Part shown: in pieces, positions 29,344 to 40,016 of the stretch | Numbering within the stretch: position 1 is the stretch's first letter | Layout of the letters: each line of letters begins with the position of its first letter | DNA from: Promethearchaeia archaeon | GTDB taxonomy: Archaea > Asgardarchaeota > Lokiarchaeia > Sigyniarchaeales > SOKP01 | Direction: 5' to 3' | Length of the DNA stretch: 64,000 nucleotides | NCBI GenBank assembly: GCA_029856145.1 | Contig: JAHQWK010000024.1 | Location: 32,001-96,000, forward strand | The notes under the pieces: generated by a model | The model's database searches: none | What the model saw: the letters and a program-made list of their open reading frames with translations, nothing else | Told to the model about the DNA's origin: nothing | Position numbers and translations under genes: made by a program

Positions 29344-30309
29344 TTGATAAAAATGAATGCTATAGAGGTAAAAAATCTAATAAAATATTATGACAAAGGA
29401 AAAATTAAAGCTGTAGATGATATTTCATTTGAAGTGCCTCGAGGCTCTCGATTTGGTTATTTAGGACCAAATGGAGCTGGAAAAACTACCACGATTCGAT
29501 GTATACTTGGTTTTCTCAACGCAGATGCGGGAGATATTACAATATTAGGTGAAAAGATTAATCCAAAAAAAGATGTAAAAATTCGGAATCATATTGGATA
29601 TTTACCCGGCGAATTGGGACTATATAAAAATATGACCGCAAATGATTTGATTAATTATTTTGCGAAGCTCTATGATATTGAAATAGATTGGAATTTTGTT
29701 AAAGAAGTAACAGAACGTCTTAAATTAGATATGAATCGAAAATTGGGCGTATTAAGCAAAGGTAATAAACAAAAAGTTGGTGTATTATCAGCTCTTATGG
29801 GAAAATTTGATGTGCTTATTATGGATGAACCCACTTCAGGACTTGACCCATTGATGCAATTAGAATTTTATCGAATTGTATCTGAGAGACAGAAAGAATC
29901 AAAATGCACCGTATTTCTTTGTAGCCATGTGCTCGCAGAGGTAGAAAAATTCTGTGATAGAGTTGCAATCATAAAGAAAGGAAAAATTGCTGAAATATCT
30001 GATGTAAATGATCTAAAAGCAAAAAATTTGAAACATATAGAATTGATTTTTGAAACTCCAGGTAGTATGGAAGCATTTAAATCTCTTTTAGAAACTGAAT
30101 ATTCTGAATCAATCATAAAATATGAATTCCAGACTCAACTTGAATTTTTATTACCCCCTCATCAAGCCCGGAAAATATTATGTGAAATTAGCGAAAGAGA
30201 CTGGGGTGGTGTTCCTGTAAAAGACTTCTCGATTAGACATTCCACACTAGAGAATATTTTTATGCAATATTATGAAGAGGGCAAATCAAAAGGAGGTAAA
30301 ATCGCATGA
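29344..30309 (+). CDS. ABC-2 type exporter ATP-binding subunit
   Basis: GPNGAGKTT, LSKGNKQK, MDEPT, CSH. Confidence 0.95.
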   Translation: MIKMNAIEVKNLIKYYDKGKIKAVDDISFEVPRGSRFGYLGPNGAGKTTTIRCILGFLNADAGDITILGEKINPKKDVKIRNHIGYLPGELGLYKNMTANDLINYFAKLYDIEIDWNFVKEVTERLKLDMNRKLGVLSKGNKQKVGVLSALMGKFDVLIMDEPTSGLDPLMQLEFYRIVSERQKESKCTVFLCSHVLAEVEKFCDRVAIIKKGKIAEISDVNDLKAKNLKHIELIFETPGSMEAFKSLLETEYSESIIKYEFQTQLEFLLPPHQARKILCEISERDWGGVPVKDFSIRHSTLENIFMQYYEEGKSKGGKIA

Positions 30310-31121
30310 AAGTATTGCAGATTGTATGGAAAGAATTAAAGAAGGATTACAAAAGTCTCTTAATTTTCACAGGTATTATGTCCCTTTTCTTCATGTGGTT
30401 TGTAACTTTTTTTGATCCTGAGCTATTTGCGGGTTTGGAGGAAGTTTTTGAGAGTTATCCGGAAGCAATCCGACAGATGATTGGAGAGTTTTATAATCTC
30501 GCTGAATTTGGAGGTTTTCTTAACGTTTATTTATTTTCAATGTCGTGGTTCTACTTTGGAATATATTTTATTTTAAAGTCAGCACAGAACATCCCAAAAG
30601 AGATAGAGGATAAAACAATTGATTTGGTGTTGTCAAAGCCTATCCCACGGACGGAGTTTACTCTAGGTAAGTATCTAACCCATATAATCGAAATATTATT
30701 AATTTATTATGGTGTCATGATGAGCGTTCTTTTAGGAATATTGATATTTCCATCTGTAACTATCAATGGTATCTTTTTGAATGAAATAATTTTCGCATTT
30801 CTATATAATTTTATTTTTATGGTTACATTAATAAGTACGGGGTTCTGTTTCTCTACTTTCTTATCTTCTAAAAAGGCATTAGCTTTAGGGTTAGGGGTGG
30901 TGATATTTTTCTACGCTGTAGGTCAATTTTGGAAATCATTTCCCGAAGTAGCACAAGAAATTAAACGTATCAGCATATTTTTCTATTCAGACATGTCAAA
31001 TCTTCTCGTAAATCATGTTTGGGATAACGTCGGATTACATATTTTAGTCCTTTTAGGCTATTCTGTAGTATTAACAACATCTTCGGTTATAATATTTAAT
31101 AAACGGGATATTCCCGTCTAA
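30306..31121 (+). CDS. ABC-2 type exporter permease
   Basis: EIEDKTIDLVLSKPIPR, C-terminal FNKRDI, about 6 TM; ATGA overlap; GGAGGT RBS. Confidence 0.9.
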   Translation: MKVLQIVWKELKKDYKSLLIFTGIMSLFFMWFVTFFDPELFAGLEEVFESYPEAIRQMIGEFYNLAEFGGFLNVYLFSMSWFYFGIYFILKSAQNIPKEIEDKTIDLVLSKPIPRTEFTLGKYLTHIIEILLIYYGVMMSVLLGILIFPSVTINGIFLNEIIFAFLYNFIFMVTLISTGFCFSTFLSSKKALALGLGVVIFFYAVGQFWKSFPEVAQEIKRISIFFYSDMSNLLVNHVWDNVGLHILVLLGYSVVLTTSSVIIFNKRDIPV

Positions 31122-31134
31122 ATTTATATTATTC

Positions 31135-31146
31135 TTTTTTTTTTTT
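31135..31146 (+). terminator. Oligo-T archaeal-type terminator after the ABC operon
   Basis: Run of 12 T starting 14 nt after the stop codon. Confidence 0.45.
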
Positions 31147-31302
31147 AAATCCTATAGGCTAATAATTAGTTTAGAAATACTAATTAAATAGTCAATACCA
31201 AAAATTTATAAGTTTGTCATAATACGAATATCTTTAATATTATAACATCTATTTTTACGTTATAATAAGAATATTATATTAGATCTTTAACGAGGTTAAC
31301 AA

Positions 31303-32769
31303 ATGTCGAATTTCCGTGAAAAAATACATTCAAAAGAGCTTATAGCTACATTTGATGATGTACTAATACTACCCGGATTCACGAATTTCTCGCCTTCAGA
31401 GGTTAATATATCTTCAAACTTAGGAAAATATCATCTTAAACTTCCTATATTATCATCGGCGATGGATACAGTCACTGAAGAAAGTATGGCAATCAATATG
31501 GCTTTACGAGGTGGTCTTGGAGTTTTACATCGTAATTGCTCTTATGAAAGGCAATTAGAAATGGTAAGAATTGTTAAGCGAGCTAGATCTTTTGTAATTG
31601 ACGACGTAGCAACAATTAGTCCTAATGCTAAAGTCACTAAAGCAAAATATATGATGGATAATTATAATATAAGCGGGATCGTAGTAGTAAATGAAGCTAA
31701 GAAAGTATGTGGCATTTTTACCAAGCGCGACATTCCTTTCTTTGAAAAAGATATACAAAATGGGACAATTAAAGACTATATGACCAAGGATGTAATTTCC
31801 ATCAATCCTGGAGCTTCGAGAGAAGAAGCACTGAAAGTTTTATACGAGTCACGTAAAGAGAAGTTACCCATTATAGATAAAGATGGTCTGTTGAAAGGGT
31901 TAATAACAAAGAAAGATTTAGCTCCAGAATTTCCATTCGCTTCTAAAGATAATGAAGGACATTTATTATGTGCTTTAGCATTATCCCCAAAATTCCCAGA
32001 ATCCTCTCAAGCTCAAGAATTATTGAAGGAAATTGATAAATATGTTGATATATTTTTTATAGACGTTGCTGATTTTTATAAAAAAGATGATATCGAAGGC
32101 ACTATAAAGTTAATGAGACTTTTGGAATCTGATTTTGTTTTAGGGAATATTGGCACTTACCAAGCTGCTGAATATTTAATCTCAAAATGCGATTTTGTAG
32201 AGGAACGGTTTATTGGATTAAAGGTGGGAATGGGTTCGGGGTCAATTTGCACAACTTCGATACAAACTGGTGTAGGAGCTCCAACTCTATTTGCCACAGC
32301 GCAAGTAGCTGATGCTATACAAGATTATAATCAGAAATTATCTTTAATTGCGGATGGTGGTTTCACCAAACCAGGTGATTTACCAAAAGCATTTGCTGCA
32401 GGTGCAGATTTGATAATGTCAGGGCATTTCTTTGCTGGTACTGATGAATCTCCTGGTTTTATAGATACCATTGCTGGAAGAAAGGTAAAAATTTATCGTG
32501 GTATGGGGAGTAAAGATGCGAGAGTGTCAGGTTATATAGCAGATCGTTATATAGAAGGCTCGAAAATGCTAACTGAAGGTGTTAGTGATTATGTAGCCTA
32601 TGTGGGAGATGTAACTGGTGTTTTAGCAACTTTGAAAGAAGGATTATCTAATGGAATGATTTATGCTGGTGCGGGATCTATTGAAGAGATGAAAAAAGCA
32701 TCACTTGGAATTGTCTCAATTGTTGGGCAGCGTGAAACATCACCACACGATCTTATTGGCAAGTTTTAA
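31303..32769 (+). CDS. guaB: IMP dehydrogenase with CBS pair
   Basis: SSAMDTVT, GMGSGSICTT catalytic Cys, IADGG, YRGMGS. Confidence 0.92.
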   Translation: MSNFREKIHSKELIATFDDVLILPGFTNFSPSEVNISSNLGKYHLKLPILSSAMDTVTEESMAINMALRGGLGVLHRNCSYERQLEMVRIVKRARSFVIDDVATISPNAKVTKAKYMMDNYNISGIVVVNEAKKVCGIFTKRDIPFFEKDIQNGTIKDYMTKDVISINPGASREEALKVLYESRKEKLPIIDKDGLLKGLITKKDLAPEFPFASKDNEGHLLCALALSPKFPESSQAQELLKEIDKYVDIFFIDVADFYKKDDIEGTIKLMRLLESDFVLGNIGTYQAAEYLISKCDFVEERFIGLKVGMGSGSICTTSIQTGVGAPTLFATAQVADAIQDYNQKLSLIADGGFTKPGDLPKAFAAGADLIMSGHFFAGTDESPGFIDTIAGRKVKIYRGMGSKDARVSGYIADRYIEGSKMLTEGVSDYVAYVGDVTGVLATLKEGLSNGMIYAGAGSIEEMKKASLGIVSIVGQRETSPHDLIGKF

Positions 32770-32825
32770 ACACTTGATATTAAATATAAAATATAAAAGA
32801 AAAAAAAATTAGGATTTAGAATAAT

Positions 32826-33257
32826 CTATGGACTTACCATAAGTTGTTTTTTATCAAAGTCCTCTGGATTTCCACCTTCTTCAAGAAAGTCTACATAATT
32901 CTTTAGGCCTTTTAAAACTAAATCTGCAGTTTTTTCATAGCCTTTCCTAAGTTTCTTATTTTCAAATTCCGTCCATATAGTCACTTCAGTAAGTTCTCCT
33001 TTTGGTTCAACAATATAGCCTATTGAATCCATATCGCTGTTCTCCATTTTCCATGTCACATGTTCATTTTCAACAGTTTCTGTATCTACAATTAAGATAT
33101 CCCCCAAACTAGATTTTAAAAGAAATTTTTGACCTTCTTCTTTTTCGATTACCTCATCAAGGGCTAAATTCCATCTTGGTGTATTTTCCCCATCAATTAC
33201 AATATCATAAAGTCTTTTAGGGGTTGAATTAATTTCAATTTTTTTCTCAGCTCTCAT
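32826..33257 (-). CDS. SRPBCC/START-fold protein
   Basis: N-terminal IEIN.TP..LY...D..N.PRW pattern; C-terminal LKGLKNYVD helix. Confidence 0.75.
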   Translation of the reverse strand: MRAEKKIEINSTPKRLYDIVIDGENTPRWNLALDEVIEKEEGQKFLLKSSLGDILIVDTETVENEHVTWKMENSDMDSIGYIVEPKGELTEVTIWTEFENKKLRKGYEKTADLVLKGLKNYVDFLEEGGNPEDFDKKQLMVSP

Positions 33258-33475
33258 ATAAAAATTACCTCCATTTGATTTCGGATAAAATTTATGTCAC
33301 CATTGTTTTTATACATTTGTGTCGATATTTAAAATGGAAGGAAGTTCTTAAATTTTAAAATATTAACCTTAATTTCACTTATTAAAGCTCTATTAATTAA
33401 GTTTTAACAACAGTAAACTTTTCTTTGTTATTATTACTTCTATTATATAAATAAACTAGAATAAATTGAATTTAT

Positions 33476-35077
33476 ATGAAATCTATAAAAAGAGCAATTG
33501 TTAGCGTCTTCGATAAAAGTGGAGTCATTGAGTTTGTTAAAGTATTAGTTAATGAATTTGAAATTGAAATTTTATCTACAGGTGGTACTGGGAAATTATT
33601 AGAAGAAAATGGAATTGATTATATTAAAATTTCAGATTATACTGAATCCCCTGAGATGTTTAACGGGCGAGTAAAAACTCTTCATCCAAGAATAGAAGGA
33701 GGTATACTTTTTCGGAGAGAGATCAGTAAAGATGTTCAAGATGCTGATAAGTATAATATACAACCAATTGATATGGTTATCTGTAATTTATATCAATTCA
33801 AGGAGGCTATTGCAAAACCCAACACAACATTAGAAGAAGCTCTGGAACTAATTGATATTGGTGGGCCAACTATGATCCGAGCAGCAGCTAAGAACTTTCC
33901 AGATGTAGTAGTTATCCCAAGTCCAAAATATTATGACAAAATTTTAAAGGAACTAAGAGATTCTGGGGGAATTAGTGATAAAACAAGAGCTAAATTAGCT
34001 CAGGATGTTTTTACGATAATGGCAGATTACGATGCATCAATTGCGAACTATTTACAGAGTTATTATAATCCAAATCTAATCATGGGGGGACATTTAATCA
34101 AAGTTTTTGAAAAGGTTCAAGATTGTCGCTATGGTGAGAATTGGGATCAAACAGCAGCTTATTATCGAGATTCCTCATCGAAGTATGGACTTCACAACCT
34201 TAAACAAATTAGTGGAAAACAAATATCATTTAATAATTATTTAGATATAGACTCTTGTATGCAAATCCTTTTAGATTTCGGCACTCAGCATTATGTGACG
34301 GCAATTTTAAAGCATACAAGTCCAAATGGTGTAGCTATTGATAAAAAAGATCAATTAATATCGGTAAAAAAGGCATTTAGTACAGATCCTCTATCTGCAT
34401 TTGGAGGAATTTGGGGCGTTAACAAAGAACTAACAAAGAAAGTTGCAGATTTTATTGTAAATAAAGAAAAAATCTTCGTAGAAGTTTTAATAGCACCCTC
34501 TTTCGAACAAGAAGCTTTAGAAATATTAAAACAAAAAGAAAATCTAAGAATTATAGAATGTAAAGATTTCCTTAATAAAAGAAATAAGATATATAAAGAA
34601 CCAGAAATTAGGGGAGTACTAGGAGGCGTCCTTGTTCAAGAATATGATTGTAAACCAATTATTAAAGAATGGAATGTAGTTAGTAAAAGAAAGGTAGATG
34701 AAACTGAAAAAGAAGCTTTAATATTTGCCTATAAAGTTTCAAAATGGACTAAATCGAATTCAGCATGTTTTGCTCAAGTCTATGATGATGGGCTTTACAC
34801 ATTAGGAATCGGTGCTGGACAACATAGTAGAGTTCATGTAGTTAAGCTAGCTGCCCAAAAAGCAATAGAATTTGGACATAAAGAAGAACTTAAGAACTCT
34901 GTTATGGGTACAGATTCTTTTTTTCCTTTTCCTGATGGTTTAGAGGTATCAGTAGAATCTGGTGCTAAAGCAATTATTAATCCTGGAGGTTCTATGCGGG
35001 ACGATATGGTAATTAAACGAGCAGATGAATTAGATTGTGCTTTAGTATTCTGTGGCAAAAGAGTTTTTAGACATTAA
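33476..35077 (+). CDS. purH: Bifunctional AICAR transformylase/IMP cyclohydrolase
   Basis: STGGT, GRVKTLHP, IDIGGPTMIRAAAKN, RYGEN, DSFFPFPD, RVFRH. Confidence 0.95.
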   Translation: MKSIKRAIVSVFDKSGVIEFVKVLVNEFEIEILSTGGTGKLLEENGIDYIKISDYTESPEMFNGRVKTLHPRIEGGILFRREISKDVQDADKYNIQPIDMVICNLYQFKEAIAKPNTTLEEALELIDIGGPTMIRAAAKNFPDVVVIPSPKYYDKILKELRDSGGISDKTRAKLAQDVFTIMADYDASIANYLQSYYNPNLIMGGHLIKVFEKVQDCRYGENWDQTAAYYRDSSSKYGLHNLKQISGKQISFNNYLDIDSCMQILLDFGTQHYVTAILKHTSPNGVAIDKKDQLISVKKAFSTDPLSAFGGIWGVNKELTKKVADFIVNKEKIFVEVLIAPSFEQEALEILKQKENLRIIECKDFLNKRNKIYKEPEIRGVLGGVLVQEYDCKPIIKEWNVVSKRKVDETEKEALIFAYKVSKWTKSNSACFAQVYDDGLYTLGIGAGQHSRVHVVKLAAQKAIEFGHKEELKNSVMGTDSFFPFPDGLEVSVESGAKAIINPGGSMRDDMVIKRADELDCALVFCGKRVFRH

Positions 35078-35332
35078 ATTTAACGTTTCTAATATTTATC
35101 TTCTTGATGAAATATAGTTTTTGGATAATATTATACAAGTTTAACTATTATATTATTTGAGGAATTGATAGATTTAAACTTTAATATAAACATTTTTTTT
35201 TTCAAAAAAACTATATATGTAAAAAAAAATTAAATTATTATACGTAAAAAAAATCAAATTGACTTTTTAATTTGATATTTTAAATGAGGAGAGAATTTCT
35301 AAACGTATATTAATAAGGGAGCTCTTTTAAAA

Positions 35333-35614
35333 ATGGATTTTTTTCAGAAGAATTTAAAAGAAACAGTAGAAGCGATTAATAAATTAATAGATAAAAATGT
35401 AACTATCGTAAATACTAAAAGGATAAGAAGATGTAATAATATCAAATCTTCAAATCGTTCTAAGATTAATTTTATTTGGAGAGCTTTAAATTACCTTGAA
35501 AACCAAGGAATTTTAACCTTGAATGGTATCACAAATCCAAAAACTTATAAAATTATCACTAATGAAAAAATTGATATTGATGATTTCCTTTCTCAAAACA
35601 GTAAAAGTAAATAG
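35333..35614 (+). CDS. Small basic winged-helix-like protein
   Basis: IWRALNYLENQGIL...PKTY. Confidence 0.6.
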   Translation: MDFFQKNLKETVEAINKLIDKNVTIVNTKRIRRCNNIKSSNRSKINFIWRALNYLENQGILTLNGITNPKTYKIITNEKIDIDDFLSQNSKSK

Positions 35615-35621
35615 AAAAAGT

Positions 35622-38354
35622 TTATTTTAGATCTAATTCATCTAGCAGTTCGTTAAATTTGCTATTAGACTCCTTATTATCTGGATTATTTATCAATCTT
35701 TTTTGGTAAAATATCATATTTGGATATTTCAATTCGATTTTATTATATCTTTTTACCCACGTATTAAAATTATTTAAAAGTTCGTAAACTTCAGGATCCT
35801 CTTCTAAGGATTTTATTTCATCTTTCTTTTCTTTTGAGAGAATATTTTTATACTGTTTTACACTAAAACCTTGATCTTCTAATAACTTTTTATTAGTACT
35901 ACGAATAAACCCTTCCAAACCGCTTCTCCAATAAACATACTTCTCATTAATTTTATCAATAGTTTCTTGAATTATTTTTATCTCTTGTGGAAAGATTGTT
36001 TCTTCTTTCTTAGTTAGAATCTTTTTAATTTTTTGGAATTCCGTTTCAAACTTTTTAATGTAATTATTAACCATTTTTTCAAATTCAAATAGAACTATAT
36101 TATAGTCTTTCGCAAATAATACCTCATTACTAGAAAAAGTTAATGTTTCTTCATCAAAATTTCCTCTTATCTTTCTTTTACTAACTAAATCATCAAAAAT
36201 TTCTTTCAATAAATCAATTTCTTCTTGATTTAATTCCTTACCATAAAATAAATCATGGAAAGAAAAAAGAAAACTGTTTTCTAGCATCAGGTTACGAATT
36301 CCTCGTTCTGTATAAAAAATAATTTCTCCCTCATTTTCATGAAAAATGCCCTTTAGCTTTCCATCTAGTAACAAATCATTCATCAAATCTTCAACTAGGG
36401 TTGATTGGATAAATTTCATAGTTCCTAGTGATATATAATCATCTGATTTAGATTTGTCAATTAACATATATTTGATTTCATTCTTAGCTTCTTCTATTTT
36501 CTGGGGATTAAATATTAAAAAATCTACCTTTCTGAAATAATGAATATCCAAATCATCGACAAATGTCAAAAAAACATCTAGTTCCATCCCAGTTTTTTGG
36601 AGATATTCCTTTAATTTTATTTGGTCTTTTTGTTTTATTTCTTCTGCAATTAACTGTAAGTTTTCATCGATTTTAGATAAAATATGATTTTTATCAATGT
36701 TTAGTTCCTTAGAGATTTTTTCAATTTGATTTAATTTTTCCTTTTCATCAGATACTAAACTAATCTCATTGATTGTATCTTTCAAATATTTAGAATAATA
36801 AAAAATGTTTTTTTTCTTATTCCAAATCCCACTTCTATAATCTACAAACTGATCAAATACATCTAATAGTAAAAGTTCTCCTATATTTAGTTTATCTGAG
36901 ATTTTAGAAATATTAAAATAACCTACAATTTTAGAATTTTGAACCTCATTAGTTATTTTTTGGGTCCCTAGGTTAGTCAACCACTGTGTTCCTTTATGAA
37001 ATTTCGATAAATACTCTCTAGGCATATTTTTTATTAATTTTATGAAATCTTCCTCTAATAGTATCTCTCGATATGTTTTTAATTCTATAATACTCTTTTT
37101 TGCAGCTTCAGAATTAATTTGATCTTTAATTTGCTTTAATGAGGTATACAGTTCCAGATCTTTGTGTCTTAAAAATTTACGATTTGTAGATTTAGAAATA
37201 TCCTTAATGATTTTATCAATAAAATTATGTGGAAGAAAGTTATAATTCTTTATACTCATAGATCCGTTTATTTGTAAATCTTCTAAGAATTTTGACTTAA
37301 CATAATTTGATGGATAAAAAAACCCAATATTAGAATAGTACCCATCAATTATTTTTAAGTTATTTAATGTTTTGATAAAAATTTTTAGTTCTGAATGGTC
37401 ATCTATAACCTGAGAAAAAGTATTACGAATATTTTCATCAGATATTTTTATTTTTTGTTCAAAGAATCTCTTTAATTTGCTTTTTTCTAATTCGTAAATA
37501 TATAATATATTTTCTTTTGTTTTTATATAGAAATAGACTTTTTCATCCTTTAGCTTAGATTTTGCAAAGTTCTTTAAATATTCTTTTAATTTTAAGTCCG
37601 TGTTTTTACTTATTTCAGTATAATTGGTCTTTTTCATTAAAAATTGATTTTCTAATAAATTTACTATTTTTTTAGCTTCTTGGTTCTCCAAATCAAATTT
37701 GCTAAGCTGTGGATATAACTTTTTTATTAAACTTATTAATTTATTAAATATTTTAGAGGTTTTTTTCTCTTCAAGTAGAGTAATTAATGAATTTGAAATA
37801 TTTCTAAAGGTATATAAATGATCAAATTCAAAATCCTCGCATTTTTCTAGTAAATTTAATAGAGAAATGATATTGTCGGTTTTTCTTTCAATGTTAAGAC
37901 TCTTTAAAATAATATCTATATTTTTTTTTGCTAATTCTGGTTTTATTTCAACTAATTTTAGTAAAAAGTAGTGTATATTATTTCTAATATCTTCAAATTC
38001 ATCTAATAGGAATTTTACAAATTCCTGGGAATATTTTTCCATATAATTAGAATTTGCTAACATTGCAAATCCAATAACAATCAGTGAATTACTTTTTAAT
38101 TTAATATTTTCAGAGTGAAGAAAAACCTCAATTTTTTGTAGCAACTCTTCAGAAATGAGTTCTATTTTGTTTTCTGCTAAAATAGATAGAATATATGTAA
38201 TAACAACATTATTTTCTTGTTCTAATAAGTCTTCAAGCTCGGTAATTATTTTTAATATTTTATCTGTTTTATTTTTGCTTAAATACTTATTTAGTTTATC
38301 TACTTTTTCAAAGATTACACTGTCCTCAAATTCTTCGAGATTAAACATATTCAA
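35622..38354 (-). CDS. Large protein with N-terminal HEAT/ARM repeats and multiple PCI-like winged-helix units
   Basis: FLLDEFEDIRNN HEAT-like repeat; repeated units such as DLLLDGKLKGIF, DDLVSKRKIRGNFD, TLNNLKIIDGYY. Confidence 0.6.
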   Translation of the reverse strand: MNMFNLEEFEDSVIFEKVDKLNKYLSKNKTDKILKIITELEDLLEQENNVVITYILSILAENKIELISEELLQKIEVFLHSENIKLKSNSLIVIGFAMLANSNYMEKYSQEFVKFLLDEFEDIRNNIHYFLLKLVEIKPELAKKNIDIILKSLNIERKTDNIISLLNLLEKCEDFEFDHLYTFRNISNSLITLLEEKKTSKIFNKLISLIKKLYPQLSKFDLENQEAKKIVNLLENQFLMKKTNYTEISKNTDLKLKEYLKNFAKSKLKDEKVYFYIKTKENILYIYELEKSKLKRFFEQKIKISDENIRNTFSQVIDDHSELKIFIKTLNNLKIIDGYYSNIGFFYPSNYVKSKFLEDLQINGSMSIKNYNFLPHNFIDKIIKDISKSTNRKFLRHKDLELYTSLKQIKDQINSEAAKKSIIELKTYREILLEEDFIKLIKNMPREYLSKFHKGTQWLTNLGTQKITNEVQNSKIVGYFNISKISDKLNIGELLLLDVFDQFVDYRSGIWNKKKNIFYYSKYLKDTINEISLVSDEKEKLNQIEKISKELNIDKNHILSKIDENLQLIAEEIKQKDQIKLKEYLQKTGMELDVFLTFVDDLDIHYFRKVDFLIFNPQKIEEAKNEIKYMLIDKSKSDDYISLGTMKFIQSTLVEDLMNDLLLDGKLKGIFHENEGEIIFYTERGIRNLMLENSFLFSFHDLFYGKELNQEEIDLLKEIFDDLVSKRKIRGNFDEETLTFSSNEVLFAKDYNIVLFEFEKMVNNYIKKFETEFQKIKKILTKKEETIFPQEIKIIQETIDKINEKYVYWRSGLEGFIRSTNKKLLEDQGFSVKQYKNILSKEKKDEIKSLEEDPEVYELLNNFNTWVKRYNKIELKYPNMIFYQKRLINNPDNKESNSKFNELLDELDLK

Positions 38355-38367
38355 TGTTAAAGAGTGT

Positions 38368-39093
38368 TTAATTCAATAAGAATTTTTTGAAATGCTCAAT
38401 TTCTAAAATGTTCTTTATCTCTGGAAGTAGATAGGTGGGATTAGATTTTTCTAATCCCTCTTTTGTACCATGACCAGAAAGTAAAGCAATACTTTTGATA
38501 TCTGCATTCTTAGCACATTCAATATCTGTGGGAAGATCACCGATATAATATGAATTGTTTTTATCTATTGAATAATTGATATTTTTCTTCATTTTCATTA
38601 ATGCGGTAATAATTGGGTATGGATTAGGTTTTCTAAAGGGAGAATCGTCTCGGGAGATAAAGACAGAAAAATATTTATCTAAATTAAATTTCTTTCGAAA
38701 ATAATCTAATCTTTTTTTACTCGTATTAGAGACAATTCCTAATTGAAATCCATTCTTTTTGAATTGGTTTAAAATTTGTTCTAGATTTGGTTTTAAAGTT
38801 TCAAATTTTTCAAGCTTCGGATACATACGTCTAAATTTAAGAAAGAATAGATTTCTTTTCCATATACTTGGAATAAATGGTTTGTATACTTTAGTAATTC
38901 GTTTTAAAGCCACCACTCTATTTTTTGAGTCAGATTCCTCAAAAAGTCTCGCAAAATCTATTAATCTCATATTTTCTATGTTTTTCCATCGATAAAACTC
39001 ATTTTTAATTAACTTAGATGCCGTATATTCGAGAGATTTTTGAGTAATAATTACACCATCAAAATCAAATAGCAAAATTGGTGGATGAGACAT
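38368..39093 (-). CDS. HAD-superfamily phosphatase (phosphoglycolate phosphatase-like)
   Basis: FDFDGVI, VSN, KPNP, IGDLPTD. Confidence 0.9.
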   Translation of the reverse strand: MSHPPILLFDFDGVIITQKSLEYTASKLIKNEFYRWKNIENMRLIDFARLFEESDSKNRVVALKRITKVYKPFIPSIWKRNLFFLKFRRMYPKLEKFETLKPNLEQILNQFKKNGFQLGIVSNTSKKRLDYFRKKFNLDKYFSVFISRDDSPFRKPNPYPIITALMKMKKNINYSIDKNNSYYIGDLPTDIECAKNADIKSIALLSGHGTKEGLEKSNPTYLLPEIKNILEIEHFKKFLLN

Positions 39094-39196
39094 AAGTGTA
39101 TTTTAAAGTGCTATTTAACACTTAAATTTATCTATATTTGCTTTGGCATTAAAAGAATAAAAAATTAAAAAAAAGATTATAGGATTATTTTAAATT

Positions 39197-39865
39197 TTAT
39201 TGATCTATTTCATCTGGTTCAACTGACACGTGAGAAAGCAACCAATCAAGTTGCTCTTCCTTTTTGTTAATATTGAGCACTGTGGGTAATATCATTACTT
39301 CATCTGCCTTTCCTGGCATTATCGTGAAGCGCCCGGCTCTGAGCATGAAAAACTCAAAGACATCTGGAATTTCCTTCTTAAATCGCAAGCTTTTTACTGG
39401 AAATCGCTCAGCTGAACTAAAGATCCCTTTTTTATGGATAATTTCGTTTCTTTCAATTTTATAATATTCAAATCTCGTGCTAATGACAATAATCCCTAAT
39501 ATAAAAGCTAATATTAACGTCATTAACATATAGAATTCATAAGGTAATGCTATATCAATTTGTATTCCTGTAAATTCAAATGCATAAGTTGCCCCTAAGA
39601 AAACTACAACTAAAATAACGATTACAATAGCTAATATTAAAACGAAGAATTTAGTTGAAGAGAAATCGAAAGCAGTTACAAAAATATTTACAAAAAACAC
39701 TATAAACCAAATATAACCCAAAACCATATTTGGAGTACCCATAATTGATTGGATCAGCCAGAGAATCAAGGAAATGACAAGCAAGGGATAGAAGAAGATA
39801 ACTTTGGGATAAGTACGGAGAAAGATTTCACTTGGGTGCTTAGGTTGTTTTTTTTGTTCAGACAT
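39197..39865 (-). CDS. Membrane protein (about 4 TM) with a C-terminal bacterial PH-like domain
   Basis: YYKIERNEIIHKKGIFS after the TM helices. Confidence 0.65.
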   Translation of the reverse strand: MSEQKKQPKHPSEIFLRTYPKVIFFYPLLVISLILWLIQSIMGTPNMVLGYIWFIVFFVNIFVTAFDFSSTKFFVLILAIVIVILVVVFLGATYAFEFTGIQIDIALPYEFYMLMTLILAFILGIIVISTRFEYYKIERNEIIHKKGIFSSAERFPVKSLRFKKEIPDVFEFFMLRAGRFTIMPGKADEVMILPTVLNINKKEEQLDWLLSHVSVEPDEIDQ

Positions 39866-40016
39866 AATATATTTTCACTATTTTTTTTTAAAATTTAAAG
39901 AGGATTATAAAAATAATAGATAGATGTGTTATTTAAATATTAGTATCTTTTAGATTTAATTTAAAAGGAGAATTTAAGGCGTTATAGACATGCTCGTGAG
40001 ACTTTTGTAATTAACA

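Noticed and set aside
31303-35077. guaB and purH as a novel system
   Set aside because: Ordinary purine biosynthesis genes with canonical motifs.
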